A stretch of DNA of 64,000 bases. Source: Candidatus Kapaibacterium sp. GTDB taxonomy: Bacteria > Bacteroidota > Ignavibacteria > Kapaibacteriales > UBA2268. The translations under genes and the position numbers were made by a program. The notes under the pieces were generated by a model. The model searched no databases, was not told the DNA's origin, and worked only from the letters and a program-made list of their open reading frames with translations. Location: positions 2,400,001 through 2,464,000 of the forward strand of contig OY762428.1 in the NCBI GenBank assembly GCA_963665665.1, in the 5' to 3' direction. Position 1 is the first letter of the stretch; each line of letters starts with the position of its first letter. Shown here one piece after another: positions 1 to 10,226 of the stretch.

Positions 1-103
1 GTAATTAGAATTCTACCGGATTGATAAGGTTTTGGGTGGTTGGTCATAATGATTTTGACTGCGGAGAATTGATGCCAGGAATAATAATTAATCGGATTAT
101 TAA

Positions 104-142
104 TAAAAAAAACCAATCCATAATAATACTATGGATTGGTTT
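104..142 (-). terminator. Rho-independent terminator downstream of the PLP lyase gene
   Basis: 13-bp stem AAACCAATCCATA / TATGGATTGGTTT with an A-run on + (U-tract on -), ~65 nt after the stop of the minus-strand CDS. Confidence 0.75.
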
Positions 143-208
143 GATCAATAAACATATCTGCCTGATTTTATTTGGCAATATCTAAATCGACAAATAAAAT
201 TGAAGATC

Positions 209-1408
209 TTATAAAACGCCGGTTTTCTTGGCTGATTCCATAATTCTTTCGAAAGTACGTTCAATATCCTGATCCAGGCCCATTGAAAAGCGCATCAGGC
301 CGGGAGTCATTCCCATTCTGTCCTGTTCTTCCTGCGGAATTTCAGAACTTGTACTGCTGCCCGGCGATGAGAACAATGTTTTGTAGAAACCAAGGCTAAC
401 AGCAAAATATCCGATCTTACGCTCCTGCATATCAACCATGAAGTTGATTGCTGTTTCTTTTTCTTTTGCATCTACTGTTACCATTCCGCTAAAGCCGTAC
501 TGAGGATTGATCATTGTTTTTATCAGTTCATGCTGTGGATGGGAGGGAAGCCCCGGATAGAAAATTTTAACGCCGTTTTTCTCAAGATTTTCAGCAACGT
601 ACATTGCATTGTCGCTGTGTTTTTTCATCCTGAGATGAAGTGTGCGCATATTTTTAAGAATACTTGCAGACCTTAGCGGGTCAAGTACCGGCCCAAGAAG
701 CATTCCGGCGCCGTCGTTAACGGATTTCAGGCTTGAACAGAATTCATGGTCTGCACAGATAGCTCCGCCAAGAGTATCGTTTGTGCCGTTGATAAATTTA
801 GTCATGCTGTAAATAACCACGTGAGCGCCAAGTTTATACGGAGAAACAACCAGCGGGCTGAAAGTATTGTCAACAACCAGTTTGCAGCCATGTTTGTCTG
901 CCATTTCACGAAGTTTCGGAAGGTCGGCAATTTCGAGCAAAGGATTACTGATAGTTTCGCAATAGATAACTTTTGTTTTATCTGTAATAGCTGCTTCAAT
1001 AGCATCAAGGTCAGTAATATTCACAAATTTTGTATTGATACCGAATTTAGGGAAGAAGTTTTTCATAATAGCATAACTGCCGCCATAAATAGTACGGCTG
1101 GATACTATTTCATCGCCCTGGTTGCAAAGTTGCATCAAAGCCACGCTGATAGCGCCCATACCTGAACCAAACACCTGTGCGTCTTCGGTGCCTTCCATTT
1201 TTGCCAATGCTTTTGAAAGGTATTCACTTGATGCATTCAAATGCCTTGAGTATAGAAAACATCCGGGAATTTCTTCGTTGAAGAGCCTTTCCATTGCGTC
1301 GCCCTGAAGAAATGTAAAAGTTGCGGAATCGCATATAGATGGATTAACTCCTCCGAATTCCCCGAAAGCCTGAAAATCCTGTAACTCGTTTGCCGGTTCG
1401 TAAGCCAT
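209..1408 (-). CDS. Cys/Met metabolism PLP-dependent enzyme, probable methionine gamma-lyase
   Basis: SGMGAI, IYGGSY, ETISNP, VDNTFSP and SMTKFING (PLP lysine) motifs, plus C-terminal GLMRFSMG. Confidence 0.9.
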   Translation of the reverse strand: MAYEPANELQDFQAFGEFGGVNPSICDSATFTFLQGDAMERLFNEEIPGCFLYSRHLNASSEYLSKALAKMEGTEDAQVFGSGMGAISVALMQLCNQGDEIVSSRTIYGGSYAIMKNFFPKFGINTKFVNITDLDAIEAAITDKTKVIYCETISNPLLEIADLPKLREMADKHGCKLVVDNTFSPLVVSPYKLGAHVVIYSMTKFINGTNDTLGGAICADHEFCSSLKSVNDGAGMLLGPVLDPLRSASILKNMRTLHLRMKKHSDNAMYVAENLEKNGVKIFYPGLPSHPQHELIKTMINPQYGFSGMVTVDAKEKETAINFMVDMQERKIGYFAVSLGFYKTLFSSPGSSTSSEIPQEEQDRMGMTPGLMRFSMGLDQDIERTFERIMESAKKTGVL

Positions 1409-1585
1409 TTTATTCTCCTGTTAAGTTTAATATAAAATATATTTTTTCAATTTTTCCCATTATTCTTCCTAATTGAAGAAATCAATCCATAACCTTACAA
1501 GATTATTAACATCAAAATTGCATAATATTTTTTACATTAACAATATGAATTGTAATAATTTTAAAATTTCGATCAGAATTATTTA

Positions 1586-2116
1586 TCAATTATATTCCAG
1601 CCACTTCCTTGAAAAATCCTCGAACGAACGATTCTTGGCTTTGGCAGTTTCCACCGAGAATGCCTTCATCAGTTCGTGCATGAAATCAATTCGGGAGCGG
1701 AATTTCCTGTGGTAAAGGCTGTTGAACTCTTCCTTTGTTACATTTTCAGTATTTTCATACTGGTTAATATCGAAATCCAGGGATTTTTGATGGTTCAGCC
1801 CGGCAAGATACCAGCTTTCAATTTCCATTATTACTATCGATATTTTCTTCTTATCAAGGTTGCTGAATTTATGGCGTAATATGCCTTTCTTTTCCCCCAC
1901 GCTATAATCCTCATCCTTATCAGCAGTAAAGATATAATCAAAATCAAGAGTTTGAATGCTAAGCAGGAAAAGGTTCACTTTTTCTTTTTTCATCTGGGCA
2001 TATTTAATAATTTCAACGTCGGCATAATGCTCAAGCAGTATGGGTACTATCAGCTTTTGGAAGAAACGGTGGTCATCGTTTCCTTCAACGAATACATAAA
2101 CTTTATTTAATTTCAT
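1586..2116 (-). CDS. Toprim-fold protein (DUF4435/DUF3226-like), likely start MKLNKVYVFVEG
   Basis: VFVEGNDD (Toprim Glu), ADKD (DxD) and EIESWYL motifs; the ORF-track start at 2182 is probably too far upstream. Confidence 0.65.
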   Translation of the reverse strand: MKLNKVYVFVEGNDDHRFFQKLIVPILLEHYADVEIIKYAQMKKEKVNLFLLSIQTLDFDYIFTADKDEDYSVGEKKGILRHKFSNLDKKKISIVIMEIESWYLAGLNHQKSLDFDINQYENTENVTKEEFNSLYHRKFRSRIDFMHELMKAFSVETAKAKNRSFEDFSRKWLEYN

Positions 2117-2521
2117 TTTATTCTCCCAACAATATACTTTTAGCCGGACGAGCAATAGGCCATTATCGTTTATTTGCCGCAACCTGACCTTTTAAAATAA
2201 AATATTCCTCCGTGCAAATTATCCCGGCAGAAGCCGAGTGTTAACTCAGATAGTTGATTCTTCCCTCTTCATTATTTCAGATATCAATTAATCTGTTTAC
2301 CATGATAGTATAATTACAGGATCGTGATATAATTTATATCAAAATTGCAACATATTATAACTTTTATTGAAAACTGCTGATTCGGAAATGAGTTTGGGGG
2401 CGGGTTAAATTATATCAATACCTTCTATATGAAAATATGCTGATCATATTATATTCCGGGATTGATTTTTTGATGTCTCAACTTATGATTTAATAATTAT
2501 GAATAAAATTAAATATTATAT

Positions 2522-2549
2522 TAAAATTAATTGCATTATTAGCCGATAT
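2522..2549 (+). promoter_or_regulatory. sigma-28 (FliA/SigD)-like promoter
   Basis: TAAA-N16-GCCGATAT ending 33 nt before the ATG at 2583; the consensus is TAAA-N15/16-GCCGATAW. Confidence 0.6.
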
Positions 2550-2582
2550 TAATTATATAAAGCTAATACTATGGAGTGATAT

Positions 2583-2780
2583 ATGAAGAAGTTAATAAAC
2601 GGAAAGCAGATAATAGACCTTAGAGGCCGGGAATCATCGGCTCCGAAAATCGATGAAAACATCAGGAAAAACCTTGATGTTGCAATACAGAAGAATCACA
2701 AATCTGCAATTAAGGTGCTTGTTGACTGGATAAAAAGTGATAAGCAGGAAGACCCTTTCGAAGAATACCGCCGATTCTAA
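2583..2780 (+). CDS. Small hypothetical protein with a FliF C-terminal-like helix
   Basis: 65-aa ORF with GGAG RBS and a sigma-28-like promoter; NLDVAIQKNHKSAIKVLVDWIKSD matches the hydrophobic/Trp pattern of FliF tails. Confidence 0.65.
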   Translation: MKKLINGKQIIDLRGRESSAPKIDENIRKNLDVAIQKNHKSAIKVLVDWIKSDKQEDPFEEYRRF

Positions 2781-2934
2781 GAAAATCCGGCCCTGTACGA
2801 ACAGAACCAATTATTATTAAATGGTTTATAAATAATTGCCCATAGAGCATTTTATTGCTAATTGTATTAATCCCCAAAGCAAACTGTGGGATGGTTCTAT
2901 GATTTTTTTAATGGGGAATTCGGCAAGCCTGATT

Positions 2935-5181
2935 TTATTTAAAGGCATACTCCAAAGACATTATTATTCTTCTGCCCGGCTGCGGGAGAAGAGAACTGAG
3001 CCAGCCGCTGCTTCCATGCCAAACACCGTTTTCGCTGTAATAACCGGGTTCGTTACCGGCATCGGCAGTGCGAATACCAGGATGGAAATAGTGAGTGTCA
3101 AAAATATTTTTCAGCTTGAGTGAAAGGCTGAGCCCGTGTGCCGGAAAATCTGTTATCCGCATATTCATATCTATAATCGAGTATGCATCAACAATGCCAA
3201 CAGGATTAGTAGATACTGTTTCCCGATCAGATACGAAACGCCCGAGTATTGTAAAGAACAGTTTTTCTTTCCAGGCAGCAGTAAGCCCGAAATAAAGTTT
3301 ATGAGGAGCAATATCCCCGATCGGCCCTTCCTGGTATTCGTCTTCTTTTTCAATATAAACTTCATCCCCGTTTGTATGGGTATAAGAATAATAAGCATGA
3401 AGATCAATATCAAAATTGCTAAACAAATTCAGGAAGTAATTTAATTGATAGTCTATACCGAAGATGTTTCTTTCTCCGATATTAGCGCCCCCGATATTGA
3501 AATTCAATATAGTGTTGGTATAAATTGCATGATATGCATTTATTGATTGCCGTAATTTACCGCTACTGTAGGTGATTCCTGTTTCGAAAGTGCTGCCTTC
3601 CTCAGGCTTTAATTCCGGTTCGCTGCCAAGCCCGGACCAGGAACCATAAAGAACTCTCGGGCTTGGTGCCTGGTATGCTTCGCCGTACAGCAATTTAAAA
3701 ACAAAATCAAGCCGGTTATAAATATACCCTGCCCTTAATGTTGTAGAACCGCCATATTCGGATTGATGATCATATCTTACCCCTGCATGGAAAATATGAT
3801 TTTCTGTCAGTGAATACTTCCCATTTACGAAAATTCCTTTTTCCTCGGTTACAACTCTGTTGTCGTATTTATATGCAGGATCGGGAGGATGCGGGAAGTA
3901 ATATTCATCGGCAAATACCGAATCAGGATACATATAGGGCCCGGCATATATTTCGTAAGCTTTCTGAAGGTTTTTCTGCTGATATTCAAAACCACCGGAG
4001 AAAAACAAATCAGCAATAGGGTTATAATTAAAGTTTTGGAAAAATGCCCAGCTTGAATTCACAGATTGCCATAGTTCAAAGTTTATTAGCCGGACAGTAT
4101 CGCCTGTAATTTCATCGATAGCATTGAAGCCCTGTGCCAATGCAGAGTTATTTGGTACATCGCTGCCAAAGTATCTCAGCATACTCAAACTTCTCAATGA
4201 TTCATCAATATTGATATCATAACGGGCATATATGCTGTAATCCTGTTTTGTCCAAACAACATTTGGCAGCACTTTATCGGCAGCGTACTCATTGGCATAA
4301 CCAGATGTCAGTTCATAAAACTGGCCTCCAATTTCAGCATTGCCAAGGTATGTTCTCAGGTCTATAGCCCTGTGTCTGTTCAAAGATTGCAAACCGCCAG
4401 TTGCCTTGCTGTCAACAAAACCACCCCAAAGGTCACGGTTGTTGATATATTTTGATTTAGACCATTCATAAGTTTCATTGGTTTCCGGGAAGTCATCACC
4501 GTTTTCAAAACGGGCAGATAAAGCAACCTTTATATCATCTTTCTTGTAGAAATAGCTTATATCGCCGATATATTTATCATAATTTCCAATCGATGCTTTT
4601 CCGGAAATCTCAGAGCCGTCGCTGATCGCATCTTTTTTTGTAATAATATTGATAACACCTGTAAAAGCATTCGCACCGTATATAACCGAAACCGGGCCGT
4701 AAACAACTTCAATACGTTCAATATTTGAAATCGGACAGGCACGCATTGATTCGGAATCATTATAATAGAGATCAGACCAGACCATTCCGTCTAACATCAT
4801 CAGATACGGGCTGCCGAATGAATTCCTGTAGCCGCGCATATAATTTTTAAATGAAATATCGTTATTCACACGAATAACATCCATACCCGGAAGGTCGTCA
4901 AGAATTTCAGAAAGGTCTGAATAGCCCCGGTTATTTATATCCTCACGCGAAATAACCATAACCGTAGCAGGGGCCTCGGTGGCTGATTCATAAATATTTG
5001 ATGCCGTAATAACTTTCAGGTTCAGCAATTCATCGATTGATAATTCTGATAAAGTCTTTCCGGATACTATTTCATTATCATCAGCAAACAAATTTAAAGC
5101 TGTAAACAAGATAAGGGGTATAAAAATATTTTTAATTCTTCTTATCACTACATTATCCTTTTTAATGAAGCTTAAATTCAT
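2935..5181 (-). CDS. TonB-dependent outer-membrane receptor
   Basis: Plug motifs (APATVMVISREDI, IERIEVVYGPVSVIYGANAFTGVINIITKK), KNIFD near the C-terminus and an aromatic-ending terminal beta strand. Confidence 0.93.
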   Translation of the reverse strand: MNLSFIKKDNVVIRRIKNIFIPLILFTALNLFADDNEIVSGKTLSELSIDELLNLKVITASNIYESATEAPATVMVISREDINNRGYSDLSEILDDLPGMDVIRVNNDISFKNYMRGYRNSFGSPYLMMLDGMVWSDLYYNDSESMRACPISNIERIEVVYGPVSVIYGANAFTGVINIITKKDAISDGSEISGKASIGNYDKYIGDISYFYKKDDIKVALSARFENGDDFPETNETYEWSKSKYINNRDLWGGFVDSKATGGLQSLNRHRAIDLRTYLGNAEIGGQFYELTSGYANEYAADKVLPNVVWTKQDYSIYARYDINIDESLRSLSMLRYFGSDVPNNSALAQGFNAIDEITGDTVRLINFELWQSVNSSWAFFQNFNYNPIADLFFSGGFEYQQKNLQKAYEIYAGPYMYPDSVFADEYYFPHPPDPAYKYDNRVVTEEKGIFVNGKYSLTENHIFHAGVRYDHQSEYGGSTTLRAGYIYNRLDFVFKLLYGEAYQAPSPRVLYGSWSGLGSEPELKPEEGSTFETGITYSSGKLRQSINAYHAIYTNTILNFNIGGANIGERNIFGIDYQLNYFLNLFSNFDIDLHAYYSYTHTNGDEVYIEKEDEYQEGPIGDIAPHKLYFGLTAAWKEKLFFTILGRFVSDRETVSTNPVGIVDAYSIIDMNMRITDFPAHGLSLSLKLKNIFDTHYFHPGIRTADAGNEPGYYSENGVWHGSSGWLSSLLPQPGRRIIMSLEYAFK

Positions 5182-5398
5182 TTTGTAATATATATAATAG
5201 CTAAATTTATTTTAAATAAAAAGAAATATTTAATTTAATTCTGATTATTTTTAATATATATACGATACTCACTGCTGCTTTTCCTCTGTGTACGGAAGAA
5301 AGAATAAAAAAATTATCACCAAAAAAGACATGCTATATATTAATAAATCGATCATATTTAGTATTTTTACGGCATTGAAAAATTTATAAGGATTAGAT

Positions 5399-7156
5399 AT
5401 GAAAATATTTATTACAATTTTTACAATAGTATTTACCCTTGGCACTAACGCCTATTCTAATGATTGGCAGACATTTTTTGAGAAATCCGGGGGAATGGAA
5501 ACACCCAGGCTGAAAGAAACCCTGGAATACTGCTACAGAATGGCTTCTGTTTCGGATATGATTAATATGGTTGAATTTGGCCGGACACCACAGGGCAGGC
5601 CGCTTGTAATGATGATAGTGGACAAAGAAGGGCTGGTTTCACCGGAAGAAATAAGAAAACGAGGCAGGGTTGTTTTACTTGTGGAATCAGCTATTCATCC
5701 CGGCGAGCCGGATGGAAAGGATGCTATGCTGATGCTGGTAAGGGATATTGCTTTAACCCAAAAACACCCCGGCCTTGAGGATAATGTCAGCATACTTTTT
5801 ATACCGGTTTTCAATGCCGACGGCCACGAGAGATTTGGCAAATACAACAGGATAAACCAGAACGGGCCGGTGGAAATGGGCTGGCGCGTAACAGCACAGA
5901 ATTACAACCTTAACCGTGACTTCCTGAAGGCTGATTCCCCGGAAATGCAGGCATGGCTGAAATTATATAATAAATGGCAGCCCGAATTCTTTATCGACTG
6001 CCATACAACCGATGGCGCTGATTACCAATATGTACTGACTTATAAACTTGAAACTTACGGCAATATGCTGCCGGATTTGTCTGATTGGCAGACTGAAAGC
6101 TATCTTCCATATATAATAGAAAAAATGCAATCAGTCAATTATCCGGTTTTTCCTTATGTATATTTTCGTCGCTGGCACGATCCCCGAAGCGGCCTGCATA
6201 CGGGAGCTGCGCCTCCGATGCTTTCGCAGGGATATACAGCGCTCAGGAACAGGCCCGGGCTGCTGATAGAAACCCACATGCTGAAACCTTATAAGCAAAG
6301 GGTGGAAGCTACCTACGAAATGATAAGGTTTACCATGGAATTGCTTGCAAAAGATCATGAAAAACTGATGAGTATTATTGAAAAAGCAGATTTTATCTGT
6401 GCATTCGCTGACTTCAGGAAGAATAAATTTCCGGTAAAATTCAGGACTTCCTATGAAGATTCCGTTATGGTGGATTTTCTCGGGATAGATTATACAATCG
6501 AAGAAAGTGACCTGAGCGGCGGGCTGTGGTTTAAATATAACGGTAAGCCAAAGACTTTCCGCCTTCCGTTTTTTGACCATGTAATTTCTGAAAAGGAAGT
6601 TGAACTGCCCGATGTTTACATAATACCGGCAGAATGGACGGAGGTTATAAAACGCCTTGATTATCACGGGATTGAATATGAAATAACAAAAGACGAGCAG
6701 ACAATTATGGTAGATTCATACAAACTGACCAATCCCGATTGGGCCGGCTCTCCTTACGAAGGGCGTTTCAGGGTGTCGTTTAATACCGAAAAGATAAAAG
6801 AAGAAAGGACCTATCCTCCGGGCTCTGTTATGGTTCCTATGAACCAGCCTTTATCTATGGTGATAGCATACCTTCTTGAACCCGAAGCCAACGGATCGCT
6901 TGCAAGCTGGGGATTTTTCAACTCCATTTTCACTCAAAAGGAATATTCGGAATCCTACGTGATGGAGGAGATGGCTCGCGAGATGCTGGCAAAAGATCCG
7001 GAACTAAAAAAAGAATTTATGAAAAAGATAAAAAGTGATAGCAGCTTTGCCGGGAATACATGGGGCATACTGAACTGGTTCTATAGTAAAACTCCGTATT
7101 GGGACGAAAAGAAAGACAAGTATCCGGTGGGTAAAATATTTATAATTAATAAGTAG
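5399..7156 (+). CDS. Secreted M14-family zinc carboxypeptidase-like protein
   Basis: Signal peptide; IHPGE (HxxE), NADG, NLNRDF and IDCH motifs. Confidence 0.9.
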   Translation: MKIFITIFTIVFTLGTNAYSNDWQTFFEKSGGMETPRLKETLEYCYRMASVSDMINMVEFGRTPQGRPLVMMIVDKEGLVSPEEIRKRGRVVLLVESAIHPGEPDGKDAMLMLVRDIALTQKHPGLEDNVSILFIPVFNADGHERFGKYNRINQNGPVEMGWRVTAQNYNLNRDFLKADSPEMQAWLKLYNKWQPEFFIDCHTTDGADYQYVLTYKLETYGNMLPDLSDWQTESYLPYIIEKMQSVNYPVFPYVYFRRWHDPRSGLHTGAAPPMLSQGYTALRNRPGLLIETHMLKPYKQRVEATYEMIRFTMELLAKDHEKLMSIIEKADFICAFADFRKNKFPVKFRTSYEDSVMVDFLGIDYTIEESDLSGGLWFKYNGKPKTFRLPFFDHVISEKEVELPDVYIIPAEWTEVIKRLDYHGIEYEITKDEQTIMVDSYKLTNPDWAGSPYEGRFRVSFNTEKIKEERTYPPGSVMVPMNQPLSMVIAYLLEPEANGSLASWGFFNSIFTQKEYSESYVMEEMAREMLAKDPELKKEFMKKIKSDSSFAGNTWGILNWFYSKTPYWDEKKDKYPVGKIFIINK

Positions 7157-7361
7157 ATAGCAATAAGTAAATACAAAATTCAGCCCGGTTTGATGTTGTT
7201 TGTCAGGAGATGGATCCGGGAATATCAAAAATAATGAAATTTTTATTCCGGAAAATATTGGTTCCGGAATATCATTATATGGAATCTTAATGTTAAAATA
7301 AGAGTTAATATAATTCGTTAACCCAAATAATAAAATTTTTGCAAACTAAAAATATAATTAG

Positions 7362-7928
7362 ATGAAAATAATAACTACTTTAATAACTTTAAGTATAGTA
7401 TTAATGATGATATCTGCAGCTAATTCCGAAAAAATTGAAACCAATGTTGATTCCGTTTATGAATTTGAAGCAAAAACAATTGACGGAGAAAACAAATCAC
7501 TTTCCGAATACAAAGGCAAAGTAATTTTGATTGTAAATGTTGCAAGCAAATGCGGATTTACAAAGCATTATTCCGGGTTGCAGGAATTATATGAAAAATA
7601 TAAAGATGATGGATTTGTGGTTCTTGGCTTTCCATGCAACCAATTCGGCAGACAGGAACCGGGAACAGAAGCAGAAATAAAAGAGTTCTGCTCTACAAAT
7701 TACGGGGTTGATTTTCCCATGTTCTCAAAAATTGATGTGAATGGCAGCAATGCTCATCCCCTGTACAAATATCTTAAAAGCGAAAAAGGCGGCCTGATTA
7801 CGGACGATATTAAGTGGAATTTTACAAAATTCCTTATAGGCAAAGACGGCAAACCAATTAAGAGATATGCTACAACTACCTCTCCGAAAAGTATCGGCAG
7901 CGATATTGAAACAGCCCTGAATATTTAA
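7362..7928 (+). CDS. Glutathione peroxidase (Cys-type), with signal peptide
   Basis: VNVASKCGFT, GFPCNQFGRQE and WNFTKFL motifs. Confidence 0.95.
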   Translation: MKIITTLITLSIVLMMISAANSEKIETNVDSVYEFEAKTIDGENKSLSEYKGKVILIVNVASKCGFTKHYSGLQELYEKYKDDGFVVLGFPCNQFGRQEPGTEAEIKEFCSTNYGVDFPMFSKIDVNGSNAHPLYKYLKSEKGGLITDDIKWNFTKFLIGKDGKPIKRYATTTSPKSIGSDIETALNI

Positions 7929-7959
7929 AATTTTCATACTTTTAACACCATATCTACTT

Positions 7960-7988
7960 ATGCCCCGCACAATGTGCGGGGTATTTTT
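7960..7988 (+). terminator. Rho-independent terminator
   Basis: ATGCCCCGCAC-AAT-GTGCGGGGTAT followed by a T-run. Confidence 0.75.
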
Positions 7989-8052
7989 AAATATTTCTGA
8001 ATGTTTCACGTTTTATTAAATGATTAAGAAGTATTAATTATATACTTGATTT

Positions 8053-8068
8053 TGGCAGGAAAATTGTT
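8053..8068 (+). promoter_or_regulatory. Possible sigma-54 promoter
   Basis: TGGCAGG-AAAA-TTGTT vs consensus TGGCACG-N4-TTGCW (the -12 GC is GT here), 45 nt upstream of the CDS. Confidence 0.35.
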
Positions 8069-8113
8069 TATTATTGATTATGGAACATATTTTATTCCTG
8101 AAATAAAGGTAAA

Positions 8114-9760
8114 GTGATGGAAAGCAAAAATGTAAAGGCAGTGCTAAAAGATACAAAGAAGTTAAACCTGATGGTTGTTGACGATGACACTTTCTACCTT
8201 AAAGTGCTAAAAAAAATGTTTTCCCGCCTTTACAACGTAGAAGCCTGCTCTTCAGGAATTGATGCTCTTGAGATACTTAAAAATGGTTTTAAACCCGGTG
8301 TAATAATTTCAGACCAGATGATGCCCCAGATGAACGGAGCGGAGTTCCTTGAAAAAAGTATGCTTTATTCACCGGATTCAACAAGGATCATTCTTACGGG
8401 AGCAGATGATTCAAAAACAATTATTTCCTGTATAAATCAGGGGCACGCTTTTATGTTCCTGACAAAACCATCGGATAACCTGGAGTTGTTCCAGGCAGCT
8501 CATATTGGTTTTGACCATTACAAAAACACACTCGACAGGAAAAAAATGCTTACGGGCTCTCGCGGCCAGGTTGATAATATTAAAAATGAGCTTGAAAAGG
8601 CGATAAAAGCTAATGATGACATGTCGCATAAACTTTCTTCTCTTGATGAAGAAAATCAGTCCCACAGAGAAAATATCCAAAAGCTGACCCGTGAGGTCGG
8701 GGAACTAAGTGAAAAAATTGTTGAGCTTGAAGATTTAACGGAATCTCAGAAAGAATTTCCTAACCAGGCAATGGTTACTCTTACTGATTTAATTAAGCAA
8801 AGAGAATGGTTCTACTTTACCGATCATACAAATTCGGTAGTTGAAATTACAAAAGCTATATGTGATGATTTGAATTTCATGCCGGAATTCAGAAACAGCG
8901 TCATGGTTACATCGCTTTTGCACAATATTGCAATACTGGGCATGCCGGATGATATAATGCTTATTGACCCTGCTGTTGCCGAGCTAAATGAAATTTCCCA
9001 ATATATGGATTATTTCCAAAAGGCTGCAAAAACAGTTATTAAGATCAGGCTGTTACGCAGGAATGCTTCTGCAATTTCACAAATATGGGAACGGTGGGAT
9101 GGTTCAGGATTTCCCAATGGCCTGAAAGGCGAGCAAATTTCCAGGGAAGCACAGATTGTAGCCATTGCGAATATCTATCACAACCTTGTTTACAGAATGT
9201 CGCCTGAAGAAATTAAAACTTATATTTCAACGGGAAAGGTTGTACAAACGCCTGCAAGGTCTTTGCATCGCCATAAAGAAGCTATTCGTTTCCTTTATAA
9301 GAAAGGGCGCTGGTTCGATCTTGACATATTCAGGAGTTTTCAGGACCTGCTTAAGCATAAGGAATCGGAAATCCTTATACCGCCAAGAGATGAGCTTGTT
9401 GTTCAAATTGGCATTCACGGACATGAAACAGAACAGAGTGATGATGATATTATCAGGAAGGCACTGGAAGATGAAAAGAAAAGTGATAATGATGATCTGA
9501 TTGAAAGTGAGGATTATAAGGAACAGGAACTAAGTATTAGCGAAGAACCCGAATATATTGAAAAAGAAATCCTTACCGAAGAAGTGCGTCCCGGAATGAT
9601 AAGCCTGCACAGTATTGTTACTGTCAGCGGTATTTTAGTAGTAAGGGGAGATACTTATATTGATGAAAATCTGGTTAGAAAAATCAAGCAATTACACAGC
9701 CGCGAACTGATTTCAGAAAAACTGATGGTAAGGTTTCCTGCTTCGCTTAGCGCGGGATAA
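8114..9760 (+). CDS. Response regulator: REC + coiled coil + degenerate HD-GYP domain
   Basis: VVDDD, ISDQMMP, ILTG and LTKP receiver motifs; HN replaces HD; WERWDGSGFPNGLKGEQIS resembles the HD-GYP signature. Confidence 0.85.
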   Translation: MMESKNVKAVLKDTKKLNLMVVDDDTFYLKVLKKMFSRLYNVEACSSGIDALEILKNGFKPGVIISDQMMPQMNGAEFLEKSMLYSPDSTRIILTGADDSKTIISCINQGHAFMFLTKPSDNLELFQAAHIGFDHYKNTLDRKKMLTGSRGQVDNIKNELEKAIKANDDMSHKLSSLDEENQSHRENIQKLTREVGELSEKIVELEDLTESQKEFPNQAMVTLTDLIKQREWFYFTDHTNSVVEITKAICDDLNFMPEFRNSVMVTSLLHNIAILGMPDDIMLIDPAVAELNEISQYMDYFQKAAKTVIKIRLLRRNASAISQIWERWDGSGFPNGLKGEQISREAQIVAIANIYHNLVYRMSPEEIKTYISTGKVVQTPARSLHRHKEAIRFLYKKGRWFDLDIFRSFQDLLKHKESEILIPPRDELVVQIGIHGHETEQSDDDIIRKALEDEKKSDNDDLIESEDYKEQELSISEEPEYIEKEILTEEVRPGMISLHSIVTVSGILVVRGDTYIDENLVRKIKQLHSRELISEKLMVRFPASLSAG

Positions 9761-9791
9761 GGCATTATCAGACGGAAAACTATCAACAATA

Positions 9792-10196
9792 TTAATTATA
9801 ACGCTTGAAGCTTGTTTTCAGAAATTCCTTGAAAGACAGGGATTTGTTTTCTATTTCCGGCTTAACTGATTTGTCTGTGTTCTGAATGACAGGCGTTTCG
9901 TGCTGCGCACCGAACAATTGCTCATCAACCTTAATGTTTTTATCAGAATCAGTAAGGTCTGCAATTGCATTAACGTTTCTGTCTGTAGCTCCTATAAGTA
10001 TTTTTTTTCCGGAAACTTCAACAATAAAAAGGCTGGTTTTGTTCTGAAGAGGAAGTCTGGAAACAACTTTCATAGCATTGCTTCCGGCAGGGTTTTTCAC
10101 TTTATCGGCAACTTTTTTCAACAGGAAGAATAATCCGGCTATAGCCCCTACTGATGCTATTAGCACTCCAAATGCTTTTACTATCGTATCATCCAT
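9792..10196 (-). CDS. fliO: Flagellar biosynthesis protein FliO
   Basis: N-terminal TM helix, MKVVSRLPL...LFIVEVSGKKILIGAT; lies downstream of fliN. Confidence 0.85.
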   Translation of the reverse strand: MDDTIVKAFGVLIASVGAIAGLFFLLKKVADKVKNPAGSNAMKVVSRLPLQNKTSLFIVEVSGKKILIGATDRNVNAIADLTDSDKNIKVDEQLFGAQHETPVIQNTDKSVKPEIENKSLSFKEFLKTSFKRYN

Positions 10197-10226
10197 GATA
10201 TTCTACTTTTTTTATTCACAGAACAA

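Noticed and set aside
1409-1585. SAM riboswitch upstream of the Met/Cys lyase (and lysine riboswitch upstream of dapA)
   Set aside because: Both leaders are AT-rich and lack the conserved aptamer motifs
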